Shown: positions 1-12,300 of the stretch, piece after piece
How positions within the stretch are numbered: position 1 is the stretch's first letter
Layout of the letters: each line of letters starts with the position of its first letter
Origin: Catajapyx aquilonaris
Lineage: Eukaryota
Reading direction: 5' to 3'
DNA length: 39,817 bases
Assembly (NCBI GenBank): GCA_000934665.2
Contig: KZ538928.1
Span: forward strand, 1 to 39,817
Translations under genes and position numbers: made by a program
The notes under the pieces: generated by a model
Seen by the model: only the letters and a program-made list of their open reading frames with translations
Database searches by the model: none
Told to the model about the DNA's origin: nothing

Positions 1-1281
1 AATTAAAATGTGATAGTATTGTTTATCTAGAACTCAGTCCAATGTGCTATGATAAAAAATTTCATTGCAATTAAAGTAAAATGGCTTTAAATATTCCGTA
101 ATTCAAAAATGCACAGAAAATGGCATATCTGCAAGCCATGATAAATATTTTTTATTTTTGTGCTAGATTTTTTGTAATTAATGTCATAACTGTTTTTGGG
201 TTTGTGCGGCCCCTCAGGTTCATTATCAACATTTACATCCCGCTAAGTAAGAAATTAACATAGTGGCAGCAATTTTTACCAGACCCCACAGAAATTCACT
301 GTCCAAGGTATAATCGTATTTATTTCAGTTGTTAACTGTCAAATGAACTTCAAATTTGGTATCCTCCTAGCTCAATTGTTACTATTCATAATTATCCATT
401 CTAAAGTCCAGATAATCTTAATGGAAACTTTTTATCACATCCTGTGTATAACCCCACCACTCCATTTTTTGGGGGTGTCCCAATATTTTCAGATCAGAGC
501 AAGTAAATTGGGAGGTTATCTGCAGAGCAAGATTTCTTTTGTAGAAATATATTTGATCCTACCTCACCCCTAAGTCATTCTAGTACTGCCTGGATATCAA
601 GTGTAGAGAAGTATACTGGCTTACACTTTATGTCACTATAATAAGTTGCTGGAACCAATCCCCGGCGTAAAAGGGGAGTATAACTGTACACCACTCTGGA
701 GCTCCAGATGCTATTGTATACGAGGAGCGTTAGGAAAGTCTTCACACTTTATTTTTTTGTCACAAATACAGGGCCATTGCAGGTCAGCATATGGGCTCCC
801 ATTATCGAGAAAACCCCTCCTGGAGCCGAATGCATCGGAGCCATGGGTATGTTAACCTCTCCAGGCCCTCCAGGAACCACTTTTTGGAGGTCCGCGCACC
901 CAGCAATCCCGTTTTTAGAAGTGTCATGTCTGATGGAGCGCAATTTGAAGGTCAATAAAGGCAATTCCTATGGACCTTTTGATTTATTGCTTTTATTGTA
1001 AAATTCATCTAACTTTTCAGACACACCACGTATATTTGTCCTCAAGATATGGAAAAGAGTATCGTAATAGCAAATCCTTATGAGACATCAAGTTGGTGTT
1101 ATATTGCCATTTTTGTGTCAGGTGCCAAGGCAATTAAGAGTTCTTACTCTGAAGTAAAATAATTGACTCAGGGGCACACGATGCATATTATAGTCATCTG
1201 GTTTTCAGGAAGTCACTAAAATGGGAGTCCCTGCAACCAGCTCCCCCCCCCCCCCCCCNNNNNNCACACACACACCCACCC

Positions 1282-1595
1282 ACAGACCTGTTTTCACTAA
1301 GGTGTGGGGACGTGAAAAAGACAACTTTACAAAGCGAGTGTAAACTAAACAAAACAAACCTAACCTAACCTACCCTACCCTAAGTAACCTAGGCTGAGAG
1401 AAATGGACTTTTGTGATACCCTGCAAAACGAAATAAATAGTGGGGACATGTCCCCACTGTAACGGTAATATTCTCGTGTGTGAAGCAGTTTTGCCCTGTG
1501 GGGACCTAAAATGTCCCCACAATTGGGTCAACGTCCCCAGATTTACAGTAACACACCTGTTTCCGTCCCCACACCTTATTGAAGACAAGAACCAC
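1282..1595. mobile_element. Unclassified non-autonomous DNA element next to (CA)n tracts
   Basis: Imperfect inverted ends (taaggtgtggggacg ~1298 / cgtccccacacctta ~1564), internal GGGGAC/GTCCCC motifs, CA repeats on both sides; boundaries approximate. Confidence 0.4.
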
Positions 1596-2219
1596 CACAC
1601 ACACAAGTAGGAGAGCTTATTTCAATCCAAACTTGTAGCCAGGATTAGGGGTCCTGCAAGTGAATTGCAGGAGCATTCAGGTAGGATCCAAAGAGCTGGT
1701 AGGATCTGGACACAATGGAAGGTTACGAGTTGGCTCTTGATCATCATTACGTCAAGTTGCATTTTTGATGGAGTAATACACTCGAGAGCCTGACATGCTC
1801 AAGATGCAACATGATGAAGTATACATTCAACTCCTGCCCAATTGACTTCCAAGTTGCTGCAACTGCATCTGTAGCTTACTTAGCCTTACAGTATTTACTC
1901 ACCTATTGTTGCATGACAGTAAAACTGTATGCATTATTTTGTTTTACTTCCTCAAGAGGCTGCTCACATGATTGTATAATGAGGTGACTGCTTTAGTTGA
2001 AACAGCCAAAATAAGACATGCTGTAATTGCATGTATCTTACCATGATTATCATAATTCAGTAGGATTTAGAGAGTCAAATTCTTTCCTTGCCAGAGTGAG
2101 AAAGTTTTGTTAGTCTACTATTTCGATCATTTCTCATAACTAAAGAACAGATTTTTAGGTTCTCGAAACTTGAAAAAGGTACGCATTTATGCCCTGAAAA
2201 CAGTCAAAACAGGCAGTAA

Positions 2220-2515
2220 GGGAAGCAAAGTGGCGCTGCGGTAACGCACGCGCCCACAGATGTTTACGTCTCGGGTTCGATCACAGCCCGGGGACACCCC
2301 CTTCATCTCGTGCAGAGTTTGGGCCATCTCTGGCTTCGTCTTGGGTGGGACTCCTTAGAGTCTTAGACTAACCACCCGGGGGAGTTCACAAAATGACCTC
2401 ACCCACGACATTGCACTGCACTTTGTCCATCCCCTCCTGTCATCCTTCCCGCGGGCCCAGGCGTTACGTTAAAAAGCTCCAATATATGTGCAAGACATAA
2501 ATAAAGGTTCATGCT
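2220..2515 (+). mobile_element. tRNA-derived SINE, family A copy 1
   Basis: A-box-like gtggcgctgcggtaa and B-box gggttcgatc; body shared with copies at 7731-8093 and 20911-21211; 3' end approximate. Confidence 0.75.
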
Positions 2516-3637
2516 ATATATACCTCTGATGAGGTCAAGCACTACCCGGATATTTTATTATATATATTATTATATACATAGGCCGTAAAAATCAAGTAGA
2601 TCCTAATTTATTTTCATTCTTATAATATTACAGCCTACTTTTGTCCATGGATTTTTGTAGCACAATAACAAACTAGCAGTTATTCTATATTTTCATTGGT
2701 TTGTCGGCGACGCCTGTCTAACAATATATCTTAATACACTGAAAATGACCTTTCGACGTCACACGAAGCAACTGGATCATACTTGAAAAGTGAAATGTCT
2801 TCTACTACCAGTTCATCCTGCATGCCTACAGCTTCTTCGCCGTTCTCAGGTTGAAGCACGATGGATGCCTTGAACAGAAAACCCACAAAAACACTCAAAA
2901 TATCTTACAGGTCATGGTGTCAAAAAGGTGGAAATAGGTGCTAATAGGCGCTATTCAGCCATTTAGGTTCCAACGCCCAAAATAGGATATTTTAGGTCCT
3001 ATAAAACTACGCTTTTTGAGGTCCTTGTGTTATGAAACGGATAGATATTTTGGTTCCAGTGTTCTGTCTACAGAATAAAAAGTAGGTAATAACCTAGAAA
3101 TCCATTCTCTACTCGTAACATTTTGACTTGATTATGACAGAATAACATTTCTATTTTGTCACCCTTAGCCTCTAAGCCGTCATCTAATATATCTGGGCTT
3201 GATTTACATCCTTGAGAGGTTCAGCTGGGATGCACTTCATCCACTTGCGGAGCTTCAACCCATTCAATGTAATTTGCGTGGTAACATCAGGCACCATAAG
3301 TTTTCCAACCTGGCTTTGTTCTCATATTCATATGTTCATACCAACTCTTGCTCAAGACTTGGTACTTTACAAATGAAACAATTTCCCATCCATATGCATT
3401 TTATGTGGCTGTCAGTTTGCAAGAATTTGCGTACAATAATTCCGTCTCGGTGAGCAAAGAGAACAATGCTGACACTCACTGATTTGCACTATGCAACTGG
3501 AAACAGAACTCAAAGGTTCCAAATATTCAAAAAAGGGCCACTTCATGCCAACAATTGACCCTCATTAGAATGAGGTAAAAGGTAAAAGTGCCACTCAGGT
3601 TGACGGCTACCCTTAGAAAATCATACTTTTGGGATTA

Positions 3638-3905
3638 ATAGTAATGGATACCCCGTGATAGGCCTCCTTGGGCCATTTAGGGGATCATCTTTTAATTCAC
3701 CGACTTTAATCATTTGCCTGTAATGTGATGGATTTTGATAGTGGGAGGAAACGGGAGAACCCCGAGAAAACCCACGCGAACATAGAGAGAACCCATTGAA
3801 ACTCTATCCACATAAGTATCCTCCGTCCGATCCGGGGATTGGACTTGGGACCTCAGAGGTGGAAGGGTGAGCTAACCACTCTGCCACCCGCCACCGTGTC
3901 GCCTT
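3638..3905 (-). mobile_element. tRNA-derived SINE, family B copy 1
   Basis: 15-bp TSD atacttttgggatta at 3623-3637 and 3906-3920; highly similar to copy at ~24127-24380. Confidence 0.85.
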
Positions 3906-4054
3906 ATACTTTTGGGATTATGCATGTAGCTTATCAGTAAAATAGTCATGGATGCAATTTTTATTACAAAACAAGTTAATCTCACACACACATTTCAGCA
4001 TATTAGAAAATCACTGCGCAAATTATAATAAATGAAGCTGCATACAATCAAGTA

Positions 4055-4687
4055 CTGTCAAATGGGGTGAACTTGGTCCAAAATTTCCGTTTTACGAAGA
4101 TATAAGTCTGAAGATATTAACCCACAACTGAAAATTTTTAATTAGGTGTTAGACCACACTGGCCAAAAGGGCGAGTACATAAATTTTTTTTCTGTGCACA
4201 ATGGTGCATAGGAAAATTTATGACTTCAAGTCCACCCCAACCGGTGGGGTTGGACTTGGCCATCTAATTTTTCAATAATTACAAATGCACTGTGGGAAAC
4301 GAGTTTGGTTAGGATTTGTTAATGTGTTTTTAAGGAACGATATTCATAAGCTGTAATACATATTACCACCACTGCAAAGGTTCATCACCTTCATCTCTTA
4401 AAAATGGAAAATATCCTTGCTTCTCAATTTCTTGATTTGCAAAATCAAGTTTGCAAACTATGAAAATTGGATGGTTTCATGGGGTGGACTTAAACATTTA
4501 TTTCCTTGCTCACCTATGGCAGCACAGGTGAATTTTTTGGTGTACAACATGGTAACCGCTGCCATAATGGCATCATGGGATTGAAAGTCTCATTTTTATA
4601 GCACGTGTTACCTTAAATATTCATTAATGACATTTTTGGAATTGTGGCCAAGTTCACCCTGGTGGCCAACATCACCCTGTTTGACGG
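4055..4687. mobile_element. Tc1/mariner/pogo-type MITE
   Basis: TIRs ctgtcaaatggggtga / tcaccctgtttgacgg with TA on both sides; a related end lies at ~39240. Confidence 0.65.
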
Positions 4688-4762
4688 TATCCTAGTGTAC
4701 CTGACACACTGGGGAAATCACAGAACTTGTGCAAAAGTTGCAAATGTTTTCATATTGAAATA

Positions 4763-5561
4763 CGAGGGTTGATTCAAAAGTCATGGCGCGTAGTTTTCAA
4801 TTCAAAAATGGTAACACAGAGATGACCTTTGCTGAGATTTGAAGATCCGGCGATTACAATTTTATCTGGCATATATATTTCGCCCATATCGTGGGGGGGG
4901 GGGGGGGGGNNNNNNNNNNNNNNNNNNNNNNNNNNNNNAACAAAGGGGGAATGTAACCCCCCCACCACACCATTGCCCTAAGACGGCCCGAGCCCACCGC
5001 GCTTGGAGCTGTTAGACGTTGCATGCTGGACACTCGGTGATGGACAACACAGGAGCTTGATTTTGAGTGTGGGACAAGTCAGAGCACTATGCTTAGGACT
5101 CTGAAAGACTGAAAGGTCTCAGGAAGTTGGCATCCTCAATGGTTCCTCGCCATCTCTTTGAGGTGTAAAAGTGTCGCCATTTTGCCCTCGCTTGGAACTC
5201 TATCACATCGAGGGTGATGGTTTTTTAAAACTGTCTGGCGATGGATGACACATGGCTCAGGTCATAGTGCTCTGACTTGTCTCACACTCGAAAGCAAGCT
5301 CCAGTGTTATCCATCTGAGTGTCCCGCATGCAGCGTCCAACAGCTCCAAGCGCGGCAGGCTCGGGCCCATCTTAGGACGATGGTGCGGTGAGGGGGTCAC
5401 GATCCCCTTTTGCTTTCCGGCCCCCTCGCAATATGGACGACATCTATATGCCAGATAAAATCGTAATCGCCGGATCTTCAAAACTCAGCAACGGTCATCT
5501 CTGTATGTGTTACAGTCTTTGAATAAAAAAATATGCGCCATGACTTTTGAATCAACCCTCG
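4763..5561. mobile_element. Mariner-like foldback MITE
   Basis: TA-cgagggttgattcaaaagtcatggcgc ... gcgccatgacttttgaatcaaccctcg-TA, with extended inverted arms; contains an N gap. Confidence 0.85.
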
Positions 5562-6817
5562 TATAAAATTATGATGATAAAAAAACACAAACAACTCACA
5601 CTAAATTACTCAGGTAGGAAAAGATGTTGTAACAAGTATTTTACAAATTTGCAAGCCTTAACATGGGCAATGGAAAAATTTATGGGGTGCTCTGGCCATG
5701 AACAATTTCCGTTGGGCTATGCACTCATAAGGTTTGTGTAATTACAATACAATTCTGGAAACAACAATGAAGTGACATCCTTCAGGCCATATCATATACA
5801 GAATTCACAATCCATGACTCCACCCAGTAAACAAGTTGACTGATCACCTAGGTAGTAGTTACCATAGATTTAACTTTTCCCGTTCAACAATGAGAGGACA
5901 TATAGTGGTCAGAAAAGGCGAGACCCAGGGACCCACTTCAATGACAGTGAGACACCTGCTGGTTACAGTCACCTTGGTGGGCTTTGTCCACATGGTGACT
6001 CATCACCAATGTGCATGTAGTATGGTACTACTTACGGGGGGGTGGGGGTGGGGGGGTGTCAGCTACTAGTTGCTTTATGAAAGTGAAACTGACCCGAACT
6101 ACTTGTAGAATATTGGTGCCACAAAGCAGGATTTGTGTCTGATTAGCTTGTATGATTCTTGGAAGGATCTGTAATATTTGTGTGCTACACTCTTCAGATT
6201 TGATAAAGGCAGATAAATAGACCAGGTTGCCCATGGAAGTCAACAAACAGCACACTGCAATGACATTGAGTAATTTTGCCATCAACGGCATAATATTACA
6301 GGCCCCAATGAAGATGTCAGTGATATCATCATTGTGAACTTATACTTACAATGACAACCCTTTTAAAAACCATTATACCTACTCGTCACTCTCCTTTTAA
6401 TAGGGAAAATGTGTGCACACAAGTGCAGTTCATTTCCAGGTTTGGCATATCATCTAACAATTCCATGAGAATTGTGGGCCAAATCAAGAGCAATTGCAAA
6501 TTATTCTTCATGATATGAGTACACCATTTGCAAAATTTTAGCAACCCATACCTACAAGAGGAGCAGGAGCCTGGCAGGCCCCCCACAAAAATACAAAATA
6601 TGCCTGTTGTGGCTTGTGTTTCTCTCGATGTGTGCCTCTTTCGTGACACTTACGAATTACATTCGCATTTGCATGTGGCTGCCCACATGCCCGGGGATTC
6701 ATAATGACATTAGCCTCGCAGGTTATCAGTAAAGTATATCACACTCATTTTTGGAATCCTTGGCCTATCCTACCATGTAAAGGACAGTCACCTTGGCCAA
6801 GCCCCCTGAAGCTCCTA

Positions 6818-7062
6818 TGGTGGGGTTTGCGTTTCTCCCGTGACCCCAAGAGCTATGCCGGCGGTAGCTTCGTCTACAGGCAGGGCCACCCAAGCCGGAC
6901 AGGTCTCTGGGATAGGAGACAGACTAAGAGAGATAAATAAAAACCAGTCTTTCCTCTCTTCTTTTTCCTCTTCATTTCTCTCTCCATCTGTCCCAACTTT
7001 GCATCTTCTTATAGCCAGATAGCCATAGTTGCTGTGGCTTCTTCCTAATAAACCAAACCAAA
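6818..7062 (+). mobile_element. Short retroposon with RTE-like 5' region and (AAACC)n tail
   Basis: 13-bp TSD cctgaagctccta at 6805-6817 and 7063-7075; head gagctatg...cacccaagccggacaggtc resembles RTE-clade 5' UTRs. Confidence 0.7.
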
Positions 7063-7322
7063 CCTGAAGCTCCTACCCCAGCCTTATGGAGACCCCATGA
7101 GCTTAGTTGCTCTCCTCCAGAAGGCGGGGTTTCTGATTTGGCACTGGTGTCGCTCCATATGTTCCTAAGGCTGTTCTGGTGGACAACTCAGTGAATGAGC
7201 TCCAGATCAGCTGCAGTGCAAAAAGTCGCCCACAGGAACCACCTTAGGAACCGTGGAAAAACACAGCAGCACCAAATCGGAACACCCCACCCCCTACCCC
7301 CCTGGCAGGTGGGAGCAACTAA

Positions 7323-7542
7323 GGCCTGAATCTTCGACATCTCGCGAAAACCTGCAGGAGGGGCCATAATCTTCTAGAGACACTTTCCAATGCTGTTAAT
7401 CCCTGACTGGGAAAGAACCACGAGAGTAGTTAATTTTGTCACTCTAAAATGTGATGAGTTTTACTCTCGCTGGCAGAACCCTGTTAACTCCCCTCTGCTA
7501 GCGCCTCCTGCAAGTTTGCGCGAAAAGTCGCAGATACCGGCC
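7323..7542. mobile_element. PIF/Harbinger-like MITE nested in an older palindromic MITE (~7101-7548)
   Basis: TAA TSD (7320-7322, 7543-7545), ggcc...ggcc inverted ends; host element has ends agcttagttgctc / gagcaactaagct. Confidence 0.65.
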
Positions 7543-7730
7543 TAAGCTTACAAAAAGAGGAAGGAGTGTCTGGACCTGAGTATTATAAGACCATGCCCTG
7601 GTCCAACCCTTTTCCCTTCCAAAAATAAGCAGGCTAATCTTCTGAACTCTTTGGTATGGGTGTCAGCCATGTTCTCACAGATCCAAAATTCAAATATGGC
7701 AAGGGACAAGATGCCTGAACTGCATCAGTT

Positions 7731-8093
7731 TCTTTAAATATAATTAATTAATTAATTAATTTTTTGTTACCCCATGCTAGGGCCAAAAGGCCCTCTTAGG
7801 GGAGTGGGAATACCACCATATTTGGAACCATGTGTATAATTTACAATAAATTATTTAGTTGGTCCATTTTAGGGTAGGTAGGAGGGGATGTGCAAAGTGC
7901 AAGTGCAATGTCGTAGCTTGGTCATTTTGTGAACTCCCCTGGTGGATTAGTCTAGCGGAAATTTCCACCTGAGACGAAGCCAGAGATGGCCCAACTCTGC
8001 ACAAGATGAAGGGGGGAACCCCGGGTTGGGTTCGAACTCGGGACCTTAACATCCGTGGGCGCGTGCGTTACCACAGCACCACTCCGCCTCCCT
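7731..8093 (-). mobile_element. tRNA-derived SINE, family A copy 2 (different 3' tail)
   Basis: 15-bp TSD tgaactgcatcagtt at 7716-7730 and 8094-8108; A/B boxes; (TAAT)n-type tail. Confidence 0.85.
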
Positions 8094-8410
8094 TGAACTG
8101 CATCAGTTGTGTTCTTAGGATTGACCAAATGGTGTGTTCCTACCAAATGAAGGAGTAATCTTCATTCTATGCACATCTGGAGATAAATAATTCCAAAACA
8201 GGCACATGTCGTTTTTTTCAAGGTTTGCTTGGGAGAAACAAGGTATTAAATTGGTAAATATAGTAATTTTTGCAGCACTTCTTCTTCTTCTCTTTTTGTT
8301 GCTATATGGGAAGCTAAAATTTTGCAAATGACCTACGCATACCATGAAGAGTCATTTACAGTCAGTCTTGATTTGGCGACCACTTTCCCTTACAGAAGGT
8401 TCCCTTCTCA

Positions 8411-9074
8411 CAAAGGACATACCTCGGGTGATAGTGACGGATCCTGATGAAACTGAACATGCTAACCCACGACAATACATGATAAACAAAAATGAAATAT
8501 CTCGGGCTGAAAGCCATGTTTGCAAAAGTTACGACGTGTTAAAGAGACAAAAATGGTACATTTCCATACACAATGAGATTAAGTTAGCGACCGCATATAA
8601 TGACATTGAAGTGTGAAATCAGTTTCATTGTACCAAATACACATTACTTAACTGCCGTACAAAATGCACCATTCATCACACCAATAGAGGTCTGCCTTGA
8701 CAACTTAGCGAGTGACAAGTGTGCTACATGTGATGAGATGAGCTTCTTTTGTTGTGCACATTGCAATATTTGTTTCTGTATCAACCATGCATTAAAAAGT
8801 GAATTGCACATGTGTACATAAATTGTATGAAAGTTAAATAATGTGTATTTGGTACAATAAAACTAATTACTAACTTCAATGTCATTATATGTGGTCACTA
8901 ACGTAATCCCATTGTGTATGGAAATGTACCATTTTTGTCTCTTTAACATGTTGTAACTTTTGCAAATATGGGTTTCAGCCCGAAATATTTCATTTTTGGT
9001 TATCATATATGGTCCTGGGTTAGCATGTTCAGTTTCGTCAGGATCCGTCATTATTACCCAAGGTATGTTCCTTG
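8411..9074. mobile_element. Internally deleted DNA transposon with ~200-bp TIRs and a Cys-rich transposase C-terminal relic (Tc4-like, tentative)
   Basis: ORFs 8344(+) and 8863(-) mirror each other (TDPDETEHANP...); centre encodes FITPIEVC...CATCDEMSFFCCAHCNICFCINH. Confidence 0.6.
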
Positions 9075-9391
9075 CCAGTACTGTACATAGGCAGCTAGCA
9101 GCTGCTATGACTAAACACCCTCTTAATATCATACTACACATGTTTTGAGATGTACTGTACATTTTATAACAATGCACACCATTTCTTTTCCAACTTACAT
9201 TAAGTGCCAGTCTTTCACTCAAGAAGCATGTATCACAAAGTTACTTTGGCATATAGAGAAGTGTCTTATGATTAACTAAGCTCTAATCTACCTTGGGTAA
9301 TCCAGGTCAATCTCTTGGTCACATCACTGAAAATGTTACGCTGTGCAGTCTTCAAAAAATTTACCACAATTTTCACTTGAAAAATGGTACC

Positions 9392-12300
9392 TCAAAACTC
9401 AACAAAATCTTCTTTTTGCTTTGGGAATGGGCTGCCCTGTAGCATGGAAATTATCATGCTGAAAATGAATAATAAAATACGTGATTCATTTTATCACTAT
9501 AGATCAACTTTACAAAATCAAAAACTTACCAATATAAATAGACAAAGAAGAACACCAAGTAATATCCCAAGTAGACCATGCAGTCTCTCATATGCCTTTT
9601 TAGCTGCCCTCGATTGTGAATTTCAGTTGGGTCATACACTCCAGTGTTACCAGGTGGGATTCCAAAATGCCTGTGGGAATACATTAGCTCTCTTGTAGTG
9701 TGAATAAAATATGTAGCATGAACACAAATTACTTACTCATATATTAACCAGACAGTCAGGGGGAGGTTTACTATGAACAAGATCCAATGTCCATATATCA
9801 ACAGCACAAGTGTAAGAAAGGCTTGAGCTCCTAGTTTCGGCATGATCCACTGAAATTTGCATACAATTTAAAACACAAAGCTTGAATCCCAGAAATAAGA
9901 AAGTTAATCAGCATAATATTGCACAAATGAAAAAAAATCCCACAATTCATGTGTATGTTGAAAGCTACAACTGCACTGTCAGAAAGTATCAGCATACAAG
10001 ACAACCAAGTTGACATGAATTACATTTTTGTTGACTTATGTTTTGAAGAGGTTATAATACAAAATACATGGTGGCACAATATTATGATTGGACCAAGTCT
10101 TTCTTGATGTTCAGGAGAGTGGCAAATATTATTTCTTTGGGTTGAAATATTGCCCATGTGTGGTACAAAAGTGGAACAATCCTGCCACAAATTCACACTG
10201 GTGGTCAATTTGGGCATGTGAATAATTAATCTTCTGCAAATCTTTTGTAGTGGTCCTCATGAAATTGTGAGAACTAGAATAATAAAAATTCAACTGATAA
10301 TACTGTATTACTGCACATTCTATGGCATGCCAGTACCAAGTGAGGTCAACTAGGAGGCAAATATACCCAGGGTGAGTGTGCAGACCAGTATCAAATATGA
10401 TATTTTTAAATGATTTCTCCCTTTCCTTCAAAATTCTGATGAATTATCAAATAAGCAACATGCCTCTGGGATGGAAAATATTCCCTCAGAGGCAATATTG
10501 TTCTATTTTTTGTGGAGCTTCTAAGTGATCCATAGAGAATTTTGACCTTGCATGGTGCAGACAGCCTTCGGGAGCCAAACAAAATACCAAATTGTGACAT
10601 CAGCCAATTTCATAAATTTTTCCTAAAATTAATGTTACCCAACTGACGATTTTCTTCTTCTTTACCCATTTGTGAAATTGATCAATCAATGCAATGCTCA
10701 GATTGGCAGACGCAGTAGCCACTCAGAGGATACTCATTTGTTTAAGAGCATTCTGATAGGTTATCTCAGTCACTCTGAGCTCTCCCTCACACACTACATC
10801 AGGGGTATTCAACTAGTTTATGACAAGGTCCAGTATTTACCTTTCCTTGGCCATTGAAGGTCCGCACTCCCCCCCCCCCCCACCAGGTGAAGATAATTAT
10901 GAATTTTATATTTTTATATGGTACCAAAGGGTTCATTTAAAAAAATAGAAAATGTGCAGCAAGGGTAGAAGGGCCTATCAAGACAGGACATATTAAGACA
11001 TTTTCACACTTCATTATGTCCTGTACAGGTGCGTAGGCAGAAAAATTTCGGAGGGGGGGCCATTTCATAAGCACTAAGTGAACAAGCCGTAAAGAGCGGG
11101 GAGCAAGCCCGCTGCAGGCGAAATTTTTTTTTGGGGGGGGGATTGAAGGTAACACGAGCTTAGGTGAAAGTGAGAGATTTGAATGGGTGTGTATTTGACA
11201 AATTTGGTAGCACTTTTTCCCAAAAATCATGAATTAGTAATTTCTAATGCTATTTCAAACTATCCTGTATATTGTCGCGGTCCGGACAAAATTACGTTGC
11301 GGTCCGGATCCGGACCGCGGTCCGCCAGTTGAATAGCCCTTCACTGCATGGATAATCCGAAAACATGGATAATCCGAAAATGGTCTTCGAGACCGTAAAA
11401 ATGAGCCATTAACAGGTTTTTAACAAACTAATCAATAGTGCATGCTACTTGAACTAAAGTTTAATCAAAATAATAACTTACCATAGATTTTTAGTTTGTC
11501 TTCTAGAAAAAGTATGCCATATTTCTTAATTTACTAGACATATTGACTTTTTTTCAGACTTATATTTCATTTTATTTTTTGGCAGTGCATGGATAATAAT
11601 CCGCAACATGGATAACACAGCGCAACAAAAAAAACTTTCGGCGTGTTATTCGGAAACCACTATGCACATCATGTTAGTAGGACCCAAAGTAGCTGGGAAA
11701 CGCCCGGGATTTCTCTCCCAAAATCTGCAGTGGGTCAGGGTGACCAAAAATCCGAAAAATTCAAAATATTGACGTTTTTTGGCCTATTTCCAGGTCTGGC
11801 AACCACTGTAAGTTTCGGATTTTGTTTTTGCTGGCATTAGGTGTTACCTGGGTCTAGTCTGAAGCCACTATGGTGTTTAAAGTCAATCTTTTATAGAAAC
11901 TGTGGTTTTCCAGGGTCCTTTTTATGGAAAAAATTCCGTTTTTTGGTACTTTTTCGTCAATTTTTTGGGAACAGTGTATGGACTTTTTTTAAAAAAAGTG
12001 TAGCGTAATGGGCTCTTTAGAGACCCTACAATCAAGGAGTAATAGTAGAACTTTCCTATGCAACCCTAGTACGCGTGTGCAAAAGCCTAATCTTGGGTAA
12101 AATCGCGTTTTTTCGCATTTTTGGTGATTTGACTTTTTTCAACATTGAAAACCAAATATTCCTCGGATATAAAATATATGAATTCTTCTTAGTCTAACAA
12201 ACTGTCAGGGACCCCCATAGTATGGAAAAAGACTGCGATTTCCATAAGCAACCCATGTACGCGTGTATTTTTTTTGTACGCGTACTCGTACATGGGTTGC

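Noticed and set aside
2220..2300. tRNA gene
   Set aside because: tRNA-like head continues into a repeated SINE body; no convincing cloverleaf
2522..2560. CTGATGAG hammerhead ribozyme core
   Set aside because: No correctly placed GAAA and supporting stems found
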